Shown here one piece after another: positions 1 through 10,165 of a stretch of 64,000 bases of DNA (position 1 is the first letter of the stretch; every line of letters begins with the position of its first letter). Origin of the DNA: Candidatus Poribacteria bacterium (GTDB lineage Bacteria > Poribacteria > WGA-4E > WGA-3G). The translations under genes and the position numbers were made by a program. A model generated the notes under the pieces. The model was not told the DNA's origin. It ran no database searches and was given only the letters and a program-made list of their open reading frames with translations. Location of the stretch: the NCBI GenBank assembly GCA_965197475.1, contig CBDANF010000002.1:480001-544000 (forward strand), given 5' to 3'.

Positions 1-474
1 AAGCGTGATGCACAACAGTTTGACCTGTTCAGGACGAACGTAATCCTCTTTGTGCGCTTCATAATATTTCAGATAATCTGTTTCGTCCAGGATAAGTTTG
101 TCATCAACTTCCTGTTCCGTGATTCTGTCAATCATTAAATCCTGAAGATAGTCTTTGACCTTCTTAAGAATTTCATGATCTTCGTTCAGTTTCTGGTCTT
201 TGGCAAGACAGAGGATTAAACGACTTTCTGCCATGAGGGTCATATATTCTTCAAGCCCCGCTTTGTCTTTATATTGACGTTGTTTGTATCCAGGAAGTTC
301 GCTGATTTCCTGCATCATTTCTTCAAGAGTGATTCGTTGTTTTCCATCCCATTCATATTCAGCGATGACGGTTCCATCAGCACCAATTGCTTTGTCGCCA
401 CAACTATACAAAAATGGAAGTGTGGCAAGGATAGCGAATAATAAGATAAAGGGAATACTACTATATTTTTTCAT
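1..474 (-). CDS. PrsA/PpiC-type peptidyl-prolyl isomerase lipoprotein (5' part; runs off the window edge)
   Basis: Manual translation from ATG at 474 gives MKKYSSIPFILLFAILATLPFLYSCGDK...ITLEEMMQEISELPGYKQRQYKDKAGLEEY...VKLLCITL. Lipobox-like LYSC; clear paralog of 508..1482; AGGAGG RBS upstream. Confidence 0.8.
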   Translation of the reverse strand, partial: MKKYSSIPFILLFAILATLPFLYSCGDKAIGADGTVIAEYEWDGKQRITLEEMMQEISELPGYKQRQYKDKAGLEEYMTLMAESRLILCLAKDQKLNEDHEILKKVKDYLQDLMIDRITEQEVDDKLILDETDYLKYYEAHKEDYVRPEQVKLLCITL

Positions 475-507
475 TAATTCTACCTCCTTTAGGTAATGTT
501 GTGGGAG

Positions 508-1482
508 CTACTTCTCTGGAGTATTGGATTCCTCTTCCGATGTTTCTGGCTGAACGGGTTCAGGAATATTCTCTGGATAAGTTTTCAGTTTTCCTCTTTT
601 AGAGATTTCTTCAACCCATTCAAGAATACGGGCGCGTTTCATCTCTCGTTCAACTTTCCGTTTAACGTCGGATTGGACTTCATCAAATTCTTTCTGGCGT
701 TCTGGTTGATGTTCCTCTTTGCGGAAAATGAGGTAATATGTTTCATCGTTTACATCAGTTTCAAAGACAGCATCAGTCATTTCGCCATTTTCCATCTCAA
801 AAACAGCTTCAATAAATTCAGACCAGTTTGGCGATGCGGTTTTGCTAAAGAAAAATGTGTTGCCAGGATCCTTTTCACCTGTGCCAGGACCGTTAACTAA
901 TTTTTTTTCTTCAGAGAGTTTCTTTGCCATTTCAACAATATCTTTTCCGGCTTTAATCTGGTCTAAAGTTTCATTAGCTAAGTCTTCGTCATCAAGGGTA
1001 ATACAGGTTGCACGTGCCTTTGCGTCTTCAATGTATTCACTCTTGTGCTTCTCGTAAAACGTCATGAGGTCTGTATCCGTGTAAGACACCTTTGCATCAA
1101 CTTCCGTTTCGGTGAGTTTTTCAACCATGAGTTGATGGGTATAATCTTCAACTTTTTTAAGGTGATCTTCTAATTTGTCAAACCCCACATCTGTCGCTTG
1201 GAGCAGTTTGAGTTTTTTGTCAATATAATCTTCTAAGTATTCTGCTTTACCCTCTTTATTGGCATAGTTTTGCTGGCGGTAGGACGGTAATTCTGCAATA
1301 GCAGATTCCAGCTCAGCAAGTGAAATCTGGTGAAGTTCGTCTTTCCACTTCAATTCAGCTAAAATTATTTGATCCTTGTCAACCTCTTTTTCTGCGGATT
1401 CGTGGTTGTCAGAACGGACAAGAGACCAAGTGAGAAGACAAGTTGCAACAGCTACTGTAACAACAATAAATAATTTTTTCAC
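508..1482 (-). CDS. PrsA/SurA-like foldase with PpiC rotamase domain
   Basis: N-terminal anchor, SurA-N-like helical region, KARATCITL...EFIEAVFEMENGEMTDAV...YYLI rotamase-like segment; lies downstream of mfd. Confidence 0.8.
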   Translation of the reverse strand: MKKLFIVVTVAVATCLLTWSLVRSDNHESAEKEVDKDQIILAELKWKDELHQISLAELESAIAELPSYRQQNYANKEGKAEYLEDYIDKKLKLLQATDVGFDKLEDHLKKVEDYTHQLMVEKLTETEVDAKVSYTDTDLMTFYEKHKSEYIEDAKARATCITLDDEDLANETLDQIKAGKDIVEMAKKLSEEKKLVNGPGTGEKDPGNTFFFSKTASPNWSEFIEAVFEMENGEMTDAVFETDVNDETYYLIFRKEEHQPERQKEFDEVQSDVKRKVEREMKRARILEWVEEISKRGKLKTYPENIPEPVQPETSEEESNTPEK

Positions 1483-1543
1483 TTTGGAATTCTCCTTTCA
1501 ATTTCATTGAGGTGGCATTGCCCCTCGTTTGTATTAAACATAT

Positions 1544-4500
1544 TCAATTAGATACAACAAACATAGTCAAAATTTGTTGTAATTCGGTTAATAATTTTTT
1601 TCCGGTGAGTTTCTCTATACTAATTATCAGTTGTGCTGGCGGACGTAGTTGGAGCAGCGGGTTATCTTGAATTGCATCAATGAACTGCACCACATCAATC
1701 TTCGGGTTGTGTTCATCAAAGGTCACTTTAATTCGGTTACCTCCCGCAACAATCCCCGTAATACCTAATTTTTGGCATAGTTGTTTGATACCACAAATTT
1801 CCAACAACATCTCAACAGGTTCAGGTATGTCTCCATATCTGTCTTTAAGTTCATTGGTCAGTTCATGCTTATCTGTATCGGTTTTTAGCGTAGAAATTTT
1901 CTTATAGATAGCAATTTTCTGTCGGCTGTCAGGGATATAGTCGTCTGGCAAAAATGCATCAATAGGTAAATTTATACTAGTTTCAATTTCTTCTTCAATC
2001 TTTTCGCCTTTTAAAGTTCGGACAGCCTCATCAAGCAGTTTACAATAGAGTTCGTATCCAACGTTCGTGATATGTCCATGCTGTTGGGCACCGAGGATAT
2101 TCCCTGCTCCACGTATTTCTAAGTCTCTTAGTGCTATTTTGAAGCCAGAACCGAGGTCCGTAAATTCTTCAATAACACGTAGCCGTTTCTGTGCGCGTTC
2201 AGTTATCGGTTTATCTTGTGGGTAGAAAAGGTAACCGTAAGCTTGTGCATCGGCACGTCCGACCCGACCACGAAGTTGATATAACTGTGCTAATCCGAAC
2301 GCATCCGCCCGATTTATCATGATGGTATTAACGTTCGGAATGTCAAGTCCGGATTCAATAATCATCGTACAGACGAGGATATCATGTTTGTGGCGGACAA
2401 ACTCTAACATGACACTTTCTAACTCGCGTTCAGGCATCTGTCCGTGAGCGATAGCAACCCGTGCATGCGGAACAAGTTCTTGAATGGTTTTGGCAATTAT
2501 AGCAATATTCTGTACACGGTTGTGGACGAAGAATACCTGTCCGTTTCTCGCTAACTCATTCATTATAGCATCTCGGATAACTTTAGTGTTGTAAGGCATC
2601 ACATGCGTCTGAATCGGCAACCGATTGGCTGGGGGTGTGTTGATAATACTGAAGTCTCTGATGCCAATAAGAGACATGTGCAAAGTGCGCGGAATCGGTG
2701 TCGCTGTGAGCGTAAGGACATCTACTGTCTCTTTAAACTGCTTAATTTTTTCTTTGTGTTTCACGCCGAAACGATGTTCTTCGTCAACTATTAGTAATCC
2801 GAGATTATCAAAAATGACGGAATCGGAAAGCAGGCTATGCGTGCCAATAACAATATCGACGGTGCCATCTTCAAGTCTTTCTTTAACCGATTGAATTTCC
2901 TTACGGCTTCGGAAACGGTTGAGCATTTCAACATGGATGGGAAACGGTTTGAAACGTTTTTCAAAAGTGTCGTAGTGCTGCAGGGTGAGGATAGTAGTTG
3001 GAGCGAGGAGGGCGACCTGCTTTTCTGCCATGACTGCTTTGAAAGCGGCTCGCAATGCAACTTCCGTCTTACCGTAACCAACATCTCCGCAGACGAGTCG
3101 ATCCATAGGTTTTTCAGTCTCCATGTCAGCTTTAACGTCTTCAATGGCTTGGAGTTGGTCATCTGTTTCTTGAAAAGGAAAGAGTGCCTCAAATTCACCT
3201 TCCCATGACACCTCTGTCGGAAAACCATATCCTTTGCTTGCTTGCCGCGCGGCGTATAATTTAAGCAGTTCTTCTGCCATTTCTTCAACAGCAGCTTTTG
3301 CGCGTTGTTTTTTGTTTTGCCAAGATTTTCCACCAAGATAATCTATGCTCGGTTGGTATGCTTCATCTTTGTTTCCAATATACTTTTGAACAAGATCAAC
3401 TTGGTATGTTGGCACATAGAGTCTATCGTCTTCCTTGTATCTAAGGATGAGAAAGTCCTGAGATTGTCCATCTATATCAATTCGGCGAATGCCTTCGTAA
3501 ATTGCAATACCGTGCGAAATGTGAACAACATAGTCTCCTACTTTCATATCTACGAGGCTTAAAATCGGTGTGCCGTTTTTGTGTCGTTTTGGTGAAACAA
3601 CTCGCCGCTGCTGACTTCCAAAAATCTCGCTTTCTGAGATAGCAACAAGTTTGAGCGATTCACTCAGAAAACCTTCGGATATAAAACCAACACTAACGGA
3701 AGTATGCTCTGGTGGTAGGTCGCGCTCAATCAACATTTCTAAAACCCGTTTTGCCTGTTGTGGCGTTTCGCAGAAAACGTTAACCAGATACCCTTTAGTT
3801 GTCCACCTTTTGATGTGGTCAATAACCATCTGGTAGTTGCCGCTACCGAGCCCAAGCGGCTTCATGCCAAAATGTAGTTCCAAGATATCTGTGGATTCAT
3901 TAACCTTAGCGGATATCTCTTGATTATCATGATCGGATGCTAAAGAGATAGGGATGTTCGGATAGTTTCCTAATTCAGACTGAAGTTTGTTAGTCGGAAC
4001 TAACAAACTATCAAGAGTCGGCATCAATTTTCCCTCTGCCAACTTCCGATCATATATTTCTTGTAGTTGCTCGCGCATCTGTTCTGCTTCCCGAGCTTGC
4101 CATCTCGGTTCAACCATGACGACAATTGTTTCATCTGTTAAATAATCGGTCCACATTTCTGTTTGCGGAAATAACATAGGTAGAAAGGCTTCAATACCCT
4201 CAATTTCCACCGTCGGATCCTCAATTACATCCCATTTTTTAGACTGTGCCCGTCCAAGACAATCCTCTAAGAGTTGTGTCATTTCCCGAATAGTATTGAT
4301 AAATTCGGTAGTATTTGCTGTTTCCTTCATCAGCCGTTCGGTTTGTGATTTCCAATGGGAAATAGAGATGTCAGCAAGACATGCCTCTGACATCGGCGTG
4401 ATAACAACGGAAGTGTCCTGCTCTATTGAAACTTGTGAGGTCGGGTCAAATAGGCGGATGTCGTCAAGTTCATCTCCAAAAAAATCAAGTCTGGTAGGTG

Positions 4501-5194
4501 CATCTGCAGTAAGCAGATAGATATCTAAAATATCGCCTCTGTGTGCGAATTCACCCTTTACTTCGACCAGTTCGACTTGTCGGTATCCACTACGAATCAG
4601 AAATGTAATAAGTTCGTGGAACTCTATCTCATCACCGACTTTAAGCGTGCGACACGCCGAAGTGAATGTGTCGCGCGGTGGAAGATTGTAGGATAACGCC
4701 CGAACAGTAGTAAACACAACACTTTGTGGTGTTGTCTGTGAAGAATCAAACTCGTGGGGACTACTTTTTTTTGTAATTAGGCTATGTAGACAACGCATCC
4801 TATCAACAGAGATGTTTTTACTTGGTGATACCCCTTCAAAAAGGGTATTCTGCCACGCTGGAAAAAGATGCAAGTCCGTTTGTAGAGCAGACGACATAGC
4901 ATTACCGTGTTCGGAATTGGGATTCTGGAACGAGCGCACCTCTTCCAATACCTGCTCTGCTTCGCGGTGTGAGGGAAACACGATGAGGAAAGATTTATCC
5001 GAAAAATCTTCTATTAGAGTTGCCAAGAAATAGGAAGTTGATGCATTGCGTAACCCTCTGATCCACGGAGGGTTCTCTCCATTCTTAAGGCATTCAATCA
5101 GTTTCTGATAATTTTTCGTTTTTCGTAAAAACTCTAACACGAACTGTTCCTTGTTGTCCGGTAGCAGGAGTACACCTAATGATAGAAAAAGCAT
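1544..5194 (-). CDS. mfd: Transcription-repair coupling factor
   Basis: GDYVVHISHGIA (RID), CGDVGYGKTE Walker A, DEEHRFG, TATPIPRTL, QLRGRVGR and TRCF C-terminus. True start may be the GTG near 5137. Confidence 0.97.
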   Translation of the reverse strand: MLFLSLGVLLLPDNKEQFVLEFLRKTKNYQKLIECLKNGENPPWIRGLRNASTSYFLATLIEDFSDKSFLIVFPSHREAEQVLEEVRSFQNPNSEHGNAMSSALQTDLHLFPAWQNTLFEGVSPSKNISVDRMRCLHSLITKKSSPHEFDSSQTTPQSVVFTTVRALSYNLPPRDTFTSACRTLKVGDEIEFHELITFLIRSGYRQVELVEVKGEFAHRGDILDIYLLTADAPTRLDFFGDELDDIRLFDPTSQVSIEQDTSVVITPMSEACLADISISHWKSQTERLMKETANTTEFINTIREMTQLLEDCLGRAQSKKWDVIEDPTVEIEGIEAFLPMLFPQTEMWTDYLTDETIVVMVEPRWQAREAEQMREQLQEIYDRKLAEGKLMPTLDSLLVPTNKLQSELGNYPNIPISLASDHDNQEISAKVNESTDILELHFGMKPLGLGSGNYQMVIDHIKRWTTKGYLVNVFCETPQQAKRVLEMLIERDLPPEHTSVSVGFISEGFLSESLKLVAISESEIFGSQQRRVVSPKRHKNGTPILSLVDMKVGDYVVHISHGIAIYEGIRRIDIDGQSQDFLILRYKEDDRLYVPTYQVDLVQKYIGNKDEAYQPSIDYLGGKSWQNKKQRAKAAVEEMAEELLKLYAARQASKGYGFPTEVSWEGEFEALFPFQETDDQLQAIEDVKADMETEKPMDRLVCGDVGYGKTEVALRAAFKAVMAEKQVALLAPTTILTLQHYDTFEKRFKPFPIHVEMLNRFRSRKEIQSVKERLEDGTVDIVIGTHSLLSDSVIFDNLGLLIVDEEHRFGVKHKEKIKQFKETVDVLTLTATPIPRTLHMSLIGIRDFSIINTPPANRLPIQTHVMPYNTKVIRDAIMNELARNGQVFFVHNRVQNIAIIAKTIQELVPHARVAIAHGQMPERELESVMLEFVRHKHDILVCTMIIESGLDIPNVNTIMINRADAFGLAQLYQLRGRVGRADAQAYGYLFYPQDKPITERAQKRLRVIEEFTDLGSGFKIALRDLEIRGAGNILGAQQHGHITNVGYELYCKLLDEAVRTLKGEKIEEEIETSINLPIDAFLPDDYIPDSRQKIAIYKKISTLKTDTDKHELTNELKDRYGDIPEPVEMLLEICGIKQLCQKLGITGIVAGGNRIKVTFDEHNPKIDVVQFIDAIQDNPLLQLRPPAQLIISIEKLTGKKLLTELQQILTMFVVSN

Positions 5195-5238
5195 CGCGGA
5201 AATGCACGTGTGTTCCGCGCGACTAACAATCGAACTAT

Positions 5239-6093
5239 TTATCTTATACCTTCAATTTTTTTGAGGTTGGCTTTCATTTTGCCAAGTTTTATCTCCGCTT
5301 CAATTTTGACAGGGATATGGCGAGGGTCATCGGTCAACCAAAGCCGATAACCGTGTGAGGTGCACACCACAAGTGTTCTGACTTGACCTAAGCCTTTGAT
5401 TTTTAAAACTTCTCCTCGTTCTACACTTATGCTTATTTTTACGACCTTAGCTTTGCTAATTAGTGGAAAGAAGTAAGTTTTGCCGGGAATCAACTTCTTA
5501 CACCGCAGAAAGTAGATCATGGAAAGTTCATCTTGTGTGCCGAATGGAATATCTAATACTTTTTTCTCATGTTTCTTCGGTTCTTTTTCACTGTTTTGTG
5601 AGGTTTTTTCATAGGCTGCCTCGCCTTCATAAAAATTGATCTCAACGATAGCACTGTATTTTTTATCTTCAAGTAGATTCCTAAAGCGAAGCGGATAGAA
5701 CCCTACGGTGTTCAGAAAAGTAAATTGGCGGTTCTGAAAGCGGTGTATCCTGGAGGCAACACCGCTTGTTTTTGCTTCAGATCTGATTTGTAATATGCTT
5801 TTGCCATCAATCACCATTTTTTTTTCAATATGGTCAACCCGATTTCCAGCTGGAATCCATCCAAGTTTGACGTTGTATGTCAATTTTTCACCCACTGTTA
5901 GCGGATGCACGGAAACTTCTTCAACATCTACAAGTGGGATTTCTCCCTTTTTCTGATTCTTAGCAGAGGGATTTTTAGGGTTCGCTTCCTCCGAAACAAC
6001 TGTGGATAGCGGTGAACTTATTCCTATTAATAGAATGATGAATAATAAGCACTTCACATAATTCACATTTAATAGCTCCAAAGAGATGCTCAC
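5239..6093 (-). CDS. DUF3108-like exported protein
   Basis: GEKLTYNVKLGWIPAG, QDELSMIYFLR and LWLTDDPRHIPVKI match the DUF3108 pattern; signal peptide present. Confidence 0.7.
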   Translation of the reverse strand: MSISLELLNVNYVKCLLFIILLIGISSPLSTVVSEEANPKNPSAKNQKKGEIPLVDVEEVSVHPLTVGEKLTYNVKLGWIPAGNRVDHIEKKMVIDGKSILQIRSEAKTSGVASRIHRFQNRQFTFLNTVGFYPLRFRNLLEDKKYSAIVEINFYEGEAAYEKTSQNSEKEPKKHEKKVLDIPFGTQDELSMIYFLRCKKLIPGKTYFFPLISKAKVVKISISVERGEVLKIKGLGQVRTLVVCTSHGYRLWLTDDPRHIPVKIEAEIKLGKMKANLKKIEGIR

Positions 6094-6215
6094 CTCTTGC
6101 GGATCAAAAAACCGATTTTGATTGCGAAATACACTGACAGTAAAGTCGGTTCAAGCAAAAAGATATTATAACCGTTCCCATCATCTTAACAAACAACACT
6201 TTCATAGCAGACACG

Positions 6216-6824
6216 CTAAAACCGATGCGTAAAAATAAGGGCGCGCATCCCATGTTTATTTTGTTGCATTTGCACGGAAATTCTTCGATTATTATATTCT
6301 TCAGCTGTTTTTGAAGCATCAAGGATATTCCACACGTGCAATCCGATGCCTGTGATAAAAAAAAGTGTCCCTCGGATACTATGATCTGCCATTCTTGCCC
6401 GGACTTGGTCTGTGCTTAAGAAATTGCTTGTCCTTTCATCGTAGAAACCTGTCCCAAATGTATTGTGGTTTCTGTAGTGTAAGGCACGTGCGATATTATA
6501 ACTTGCTAAAGAAAAGACCCCTATCTCTGCGGTAAGAAAAAGTGTGGCTTTGAGATAGCTATCCGCATAAGCCTGCCCTAAACCGGGCATAGATGCCGAT
6601 AACAGTGATGCTTTTCGCGCACTACGTACCGGGTAGTATTGGCTCCCATGAGTACGGAATAGCGGGTACATCGGTTCAGTATGGGTATTTTGCGTAGGCG
6701 ATGATACCTGTCGTTTCGAAATCGGCTTCTTGTCAGGAGGTTGTTGCTCAGCTGACAATGCCTCCATTTGGGTGCAAAAAGTGGTCAAGAAAGCGATTAA
6801 CGAAAGAATTAGGTATTTTTTCAC
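6216..6824 (-). CDS. DUF5683-like membrane/exported protein
   Basis: KASLLSASMPGLGQAY and WNILDASKTAEEYN motifs. Confidence 0.65.
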   Translation of the reverse strand: MKKYLILSLIAFLTTFCTQMEALSAEQQPPDKKPISKRQVSSPTQNTHTEPMYPLFRTHGSQYYPVRSARKASLLSASMPGLGQAYADSYLKATLFLTAEIGVFSLASYNIARALHYRNHNTFGTGFYDERTSNFLSTDQVRARMADHSIRGTLFFITGIGLHVWNILDASKTAEEYNNRRISVQMQQNKHGMRALIFTHRF

Positions 6825-6950
6825 AATCGTTCCTTTCAGTTTTACAATTAACGATACATCTTAGATAGACGTGTTTACCACTGGGCAGAACCATTCAATT
6901 CTCCGAAAGTTTCCACCTTTTGGTCAAAGTCTCTCTGGCGTAAGGTTTTC

Positions 6951-7754
6951 TTAACGAGGCAGCGCGGGTGCTAATTGTATATTTTCTCGGTCAGTTTGGT
7001 ATGCCCAGTCAAATTCCACATCATCATCAGATAGTTTGCGAACATGAATTTTAGCGAAGTTCCCATCAGGCGTATAAATAGCATAGATATGACCTTCAAT
7101 GAGTTCGACAAACAACGTTGTATAGCCGTATTCCGGGACAACATCAACATCATCAAAGTGTTCGTGGTAACCCAAATCCTGCATTGCAGTTTCGTTGTCT
7201 GAATAGAGGTAGGTGATATTTACCACCGTATCTAAGCCAAAATAGACATCTGTCGTTCTGTCATCCCACGCGATACTTCCCTTACCGGGATGTGAAAAAT
7301 CAAAACCGCTGCGATCTGGTGCAAGTTGGTAATCATCTAAGATGATGTTTCTGCCTGCTGGACGAGGTGTATCCCATGCGTTTTCTGGACTCCGTTCGCT
7401 CTCATTGTCGCTTGAATCAAAAGCGGAAACAGCATAATAGTAAGTTCTTCCGTTCCGGACATTCCTATCTGTGTAGTGTGTAGTTTCATCAGACAGATCA
7501 ACTATCGCCTCAAAATTTTCGTTGCCTTCACGTCTCCATACAGTGTACCCCGCCAAGTCAAATTCGGCGTTGGGATACCATTCAATGCGAACAGACTCGT
7601 CTCCTGTTATCGTTTTGACACCTCGCGGGACGGCTGGAGGTTCATGATCAGTATCGTCGCCCTCATCATCCACATCAATATAACATCCTGCAAGCGTTGC
7701 TACAAGGATCACACACAGAAATAGTGCTATGAGTCCTTTTATTTTTGTCAACAT
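6951..7754 (-). CDS. Fibronectin type III domain lipoprotein
   Basis: Lipobox LAGC; FN3 signature (PPAVPRGV...W...YTVWR...YTD..V.NG.TYYYAVSAFD..NES). ATG at 7754 preferred over the ORF-track start at 7808. Confidence 0.8.
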   Translation of the reverse strand: MLTKIKGLIALFLCVILVATLAGCYIDVDDEGDDTDHEPPAVPRGVKTITGDESVRIEWYPNAEFDLAGYTVWRREGNENFEAIVDLSDETTHYTDRNVRNGRTYYYAVSAFDSSDNESERSPENAWDTPRPAGRNIILDDYQLAPDRSGFDFSHPGKGSIAWDDRTTDVYFGLDTVVNITYLYSDNETAMQDLGYHEHFDDVDVVPEYGYTTLFVELIEGHIYAIYTPDGNFAKIHVRKLSDDDVEFDWAYQTDRENIQLAPALPR

Positions 7755-7832
7755 TTTTTGTACTCCCGTTGTGAAATGTGATATACATCCGAGTGTAACG
7801 CTAATCAATGGGTATGCGTTGACATGATTATT

Positions 7833-7901
7833 ATACTACCATTAAATTCGCAAAAATGCAAGGTAAATTGGGTGTGTAAAGTTTTGTCACAAATGGTATT
7901 A
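7833..7901. repeat. Possible ~70-bp mini-element with IS630-like ends
   Basis: TACTACCATT ... AATGGTATTA inverted ends resemble those of the IS630 at 37876-39035. Confidence 0.35.
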
Positions 7902-7978
7902 GACATTATAACGTTTTAATTGTGAGTTTTGTTAGTTTGTAGTATACTTGTAAGAAAATCTATTTTGGAGTCCAACTG

Positions 7979-9181
7979 ATGCATTATCAATATCTTAAGG
8001 ATAAACCCACAAGGTTTGAGTCTCTTACAAGATATACACTTGAAGAGTTTTCAGTTCTTCTTCCGTACTTTATAAAACATTTTTTAGAGTATTATGCGAC
8101 AAAGACACTTGATGGAAACCTCGTAAAAAACGGCGATATACCACTTACAAAACGAGTTGTTTACCAAGTTTTGAAGATAAGTTATTGTTTATTTTAGTTT
8201 GCCTCCGCAAAGCGACCACACAAGATGTGCTGGGTGAACTCTTTGGTATGTGTCAACCTATAGCCAACAAATGGATCCATCGTCTTTTGCCGATATTAAA
8301 TGGTGCTTTAGTAGAGCTTGGGGAGTTGCCATCTCGGGAGACAATCCCCGCACCTTTTGATGTGCCTGCGGATACCTCGTCTGACCATCAGGTTTCCGAC
8401 CATTTTTTTCATGATGGCACAGAGCGTCCAATCCAGCGTCCCAAAGACCCACAAGTTCAAAAGGAAACCTATTATAGTGGTAAAAAGAAACAACATACCA
8501 TCAAGAATAACCTTGTTATACCATATCTAATTGACAAAATATCATAATAGCTTGTTTTATACCATACACCTTTCGCACCGCTGGTGCTTGGTTTCTTGTG
8601 GTATACTTTTCTATACACCTTCCGCACCGCTGGTGCTGAATACGATTGACTATAGCCTCGGAGAGGCAGCATGCGCGTATGGCATGCTGATGAGGTGTCC
8701 AGCAGCTGATGTCTGTGTTTACCAAGCCCCAGAGAGGCGACAGGTGTCCATTTTTTCCACCGCATAACACTAAAATTGACGCATAAGGGTATCGTAAACT
8801 TCTACCCGACGGACGAAATAATGCAATACAATCTCTTAGAAATGGTATTATCAATGCTGCGTGCAAAGTCGTGTTATTGACACCTTCATTTGAAGGGAGA
8901 ATACACGATAAACAGATCACAGATGTTGTAGGATACACCGTGCCGAATGGTAGCGACTTATATCAAGATTCCGGTTTTCATGGGTTTATACGCCCTGACA
9001 TAAACATCATTCAACCGAAAAGAAACCGAAAGGTAGCGAACTTACCCCCGAGGAAAAAGAAAAGAATCGTCTTATTTCGTCCATACGCATATAGGTTGAA
9101 CATGCGATCAGCGGTGTCAAAAGATACCGCATTGTCCAAGATAAGTTGCGCAACTGGAAGAAAGGTTTCAGCGACTTAGTC
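7979..9181 (+). pseudogene. Degraded HTH_Tnp_4/DDE_Tnp_4 (IS5-related) transposase, frameshifted, MITE-interrupted and 3'-truncated
   Basis: Fragments 7979-8197, 8185-8518 and 8851-9181 carry DGTERPIQRP, YYSGKKKQHTIKN, HDK, DSGF.GF and EHAISGVKR. The reading frame NNLV|INAACKV is rejoined when 8519-8850 is removed. Confidence 0.85.
8519..8847. mobile_element. MITE family A, copy 1 (TACCAT...ATGGTA ends, flanked by TTA on both sides)
   Basis: Highly similar to 41097-41357; interrupts a transposase ORF; contains internal REP-like palindromes (ACACCTTTCGCACCGCTGGTGCT x2). Confidence 0.9.
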
Positions 9182-9281
9182 ATGAAGTCATATTGAGTAA
9201 AACATAAGGATGTGGTAGAATAGGGAAAGAAAAGGATATAGTTTATGTCCCTTTTTTTCACTGGACATCCACATTTACTTT

Positions 9282-9719
9282 ATGAAAGGTTTTATTATGG
9301 CAGACGAAACTCAAAAGGTTCCGAGATACAAAGGTATTCCCAAGCAGGTTTCCCGCAAGGATTTTAATCGTTATATCTTGCCCCATCTAAAGAAACGAGT
9401 GAAAGGGCCAAAGCCCAAACTCTCCTTCTATAAGATATTCAACTATATCCTCTATGTTTTGCATACTGGCATTCAATGGGAGCGGCTCCGCACACGGTGT
9501 CCTGAACTCCATTGGTCTAATGTCTATAAATGGCATAATAGATGGTCAAAAGACGGCTCGTATCAGAAACTTTTTGAAGCGTCTATCATACATCTGCTTG
9601 ATACTGATCAACTTGACACCTCTCAACTTCATGGTGATGGGTCAAATACCGTCGTAAAAAAAGGGGCAATGGCATCGGCTATTCGGGACACAAACATCAG
9701 AAAGGTGAAAAAGAGTTGA
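9282..9719 (+). CDS. IS5-family transposase, N-terminal ORF (DUF4096-like)
   Basis: IFNYILYVLHTGIQW...WSNVYKWHNRWSKDG...HGDGS...KKG. Confidence 0.85.
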   Translation: MKGFIMADETQKVPRYKGIPKQVSRKDFNRYILPHLKKRVKGPKPKLSFYKIFNYILYVLHTGIQWERLRTRCPELHWSNVYKWHNRWSKDGSYQKLFEASIIHLLDTDQLDTSQLHGDGSNTVVKKGAMASAIRDTNIRKVKKS

Positions 9720-10165
9720 CCATCACCGACAATCAAGGGTTCATCGTCAGTCCGATAACCACCAAACCGGTCAATCACCATGGGACAACGATTTTGCCCG
9801 AAGCATTCGCAGATTTTATCACCTTTACCCATCGCATTGGGATGGATCTCAGCGTATCTGCGCTAACGCTGGATTCCGGTTTTGATTCCAAAGAGGATCA
9901 TAAGATTATCAAAGAACAAGGGATTATCCCAGTGATCTATCCGAACCGACGGAATGCCAAAGAACCTATTGTCATCGCTCGCAAGTTCCGGTGGTTTAGC
10001 AAAGATATGGACAAAAACCGATATAAAGTAGAGCGAACTTTCGGTTGGCAAGGGACTTATCGGAAACTCGCTCTTAGCTACGATAAACTTAAAGAAACCC
10101 GTTTAGGTTTTCGTTATTTAGCATATTCAATGATAAACTTTCGGGGGACTTTCAACGATGCTTAG
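9716..10165 (+). CDS. IS5-family transposase, C-terminal DDE ORF
   Basis: LDSGFDS and RYKVERTFGW...YRKL...YDK motifs. Confidence 0.85.
   Translation: MTITDNQGFIVSPITTKPVNHHGTTILPEAFADFITFTHRIGMDLSVSALTLDSGFDSKEDHKIIKEQGIIPVIYPNRRNAKEPIVIARKFRWFSKDMDKNRYKVERTFGWQGTYRKLALSYDKLKETRLGFRYLAYSMINFRGTFNDA

Noticed and set aside
8687-8694. CTGATGAG hammerhead-core-like motif inside MITE copy 1
   Set aside because: No stem II followed by GAAA, and no stem III/UH cleavage site could be built around it.
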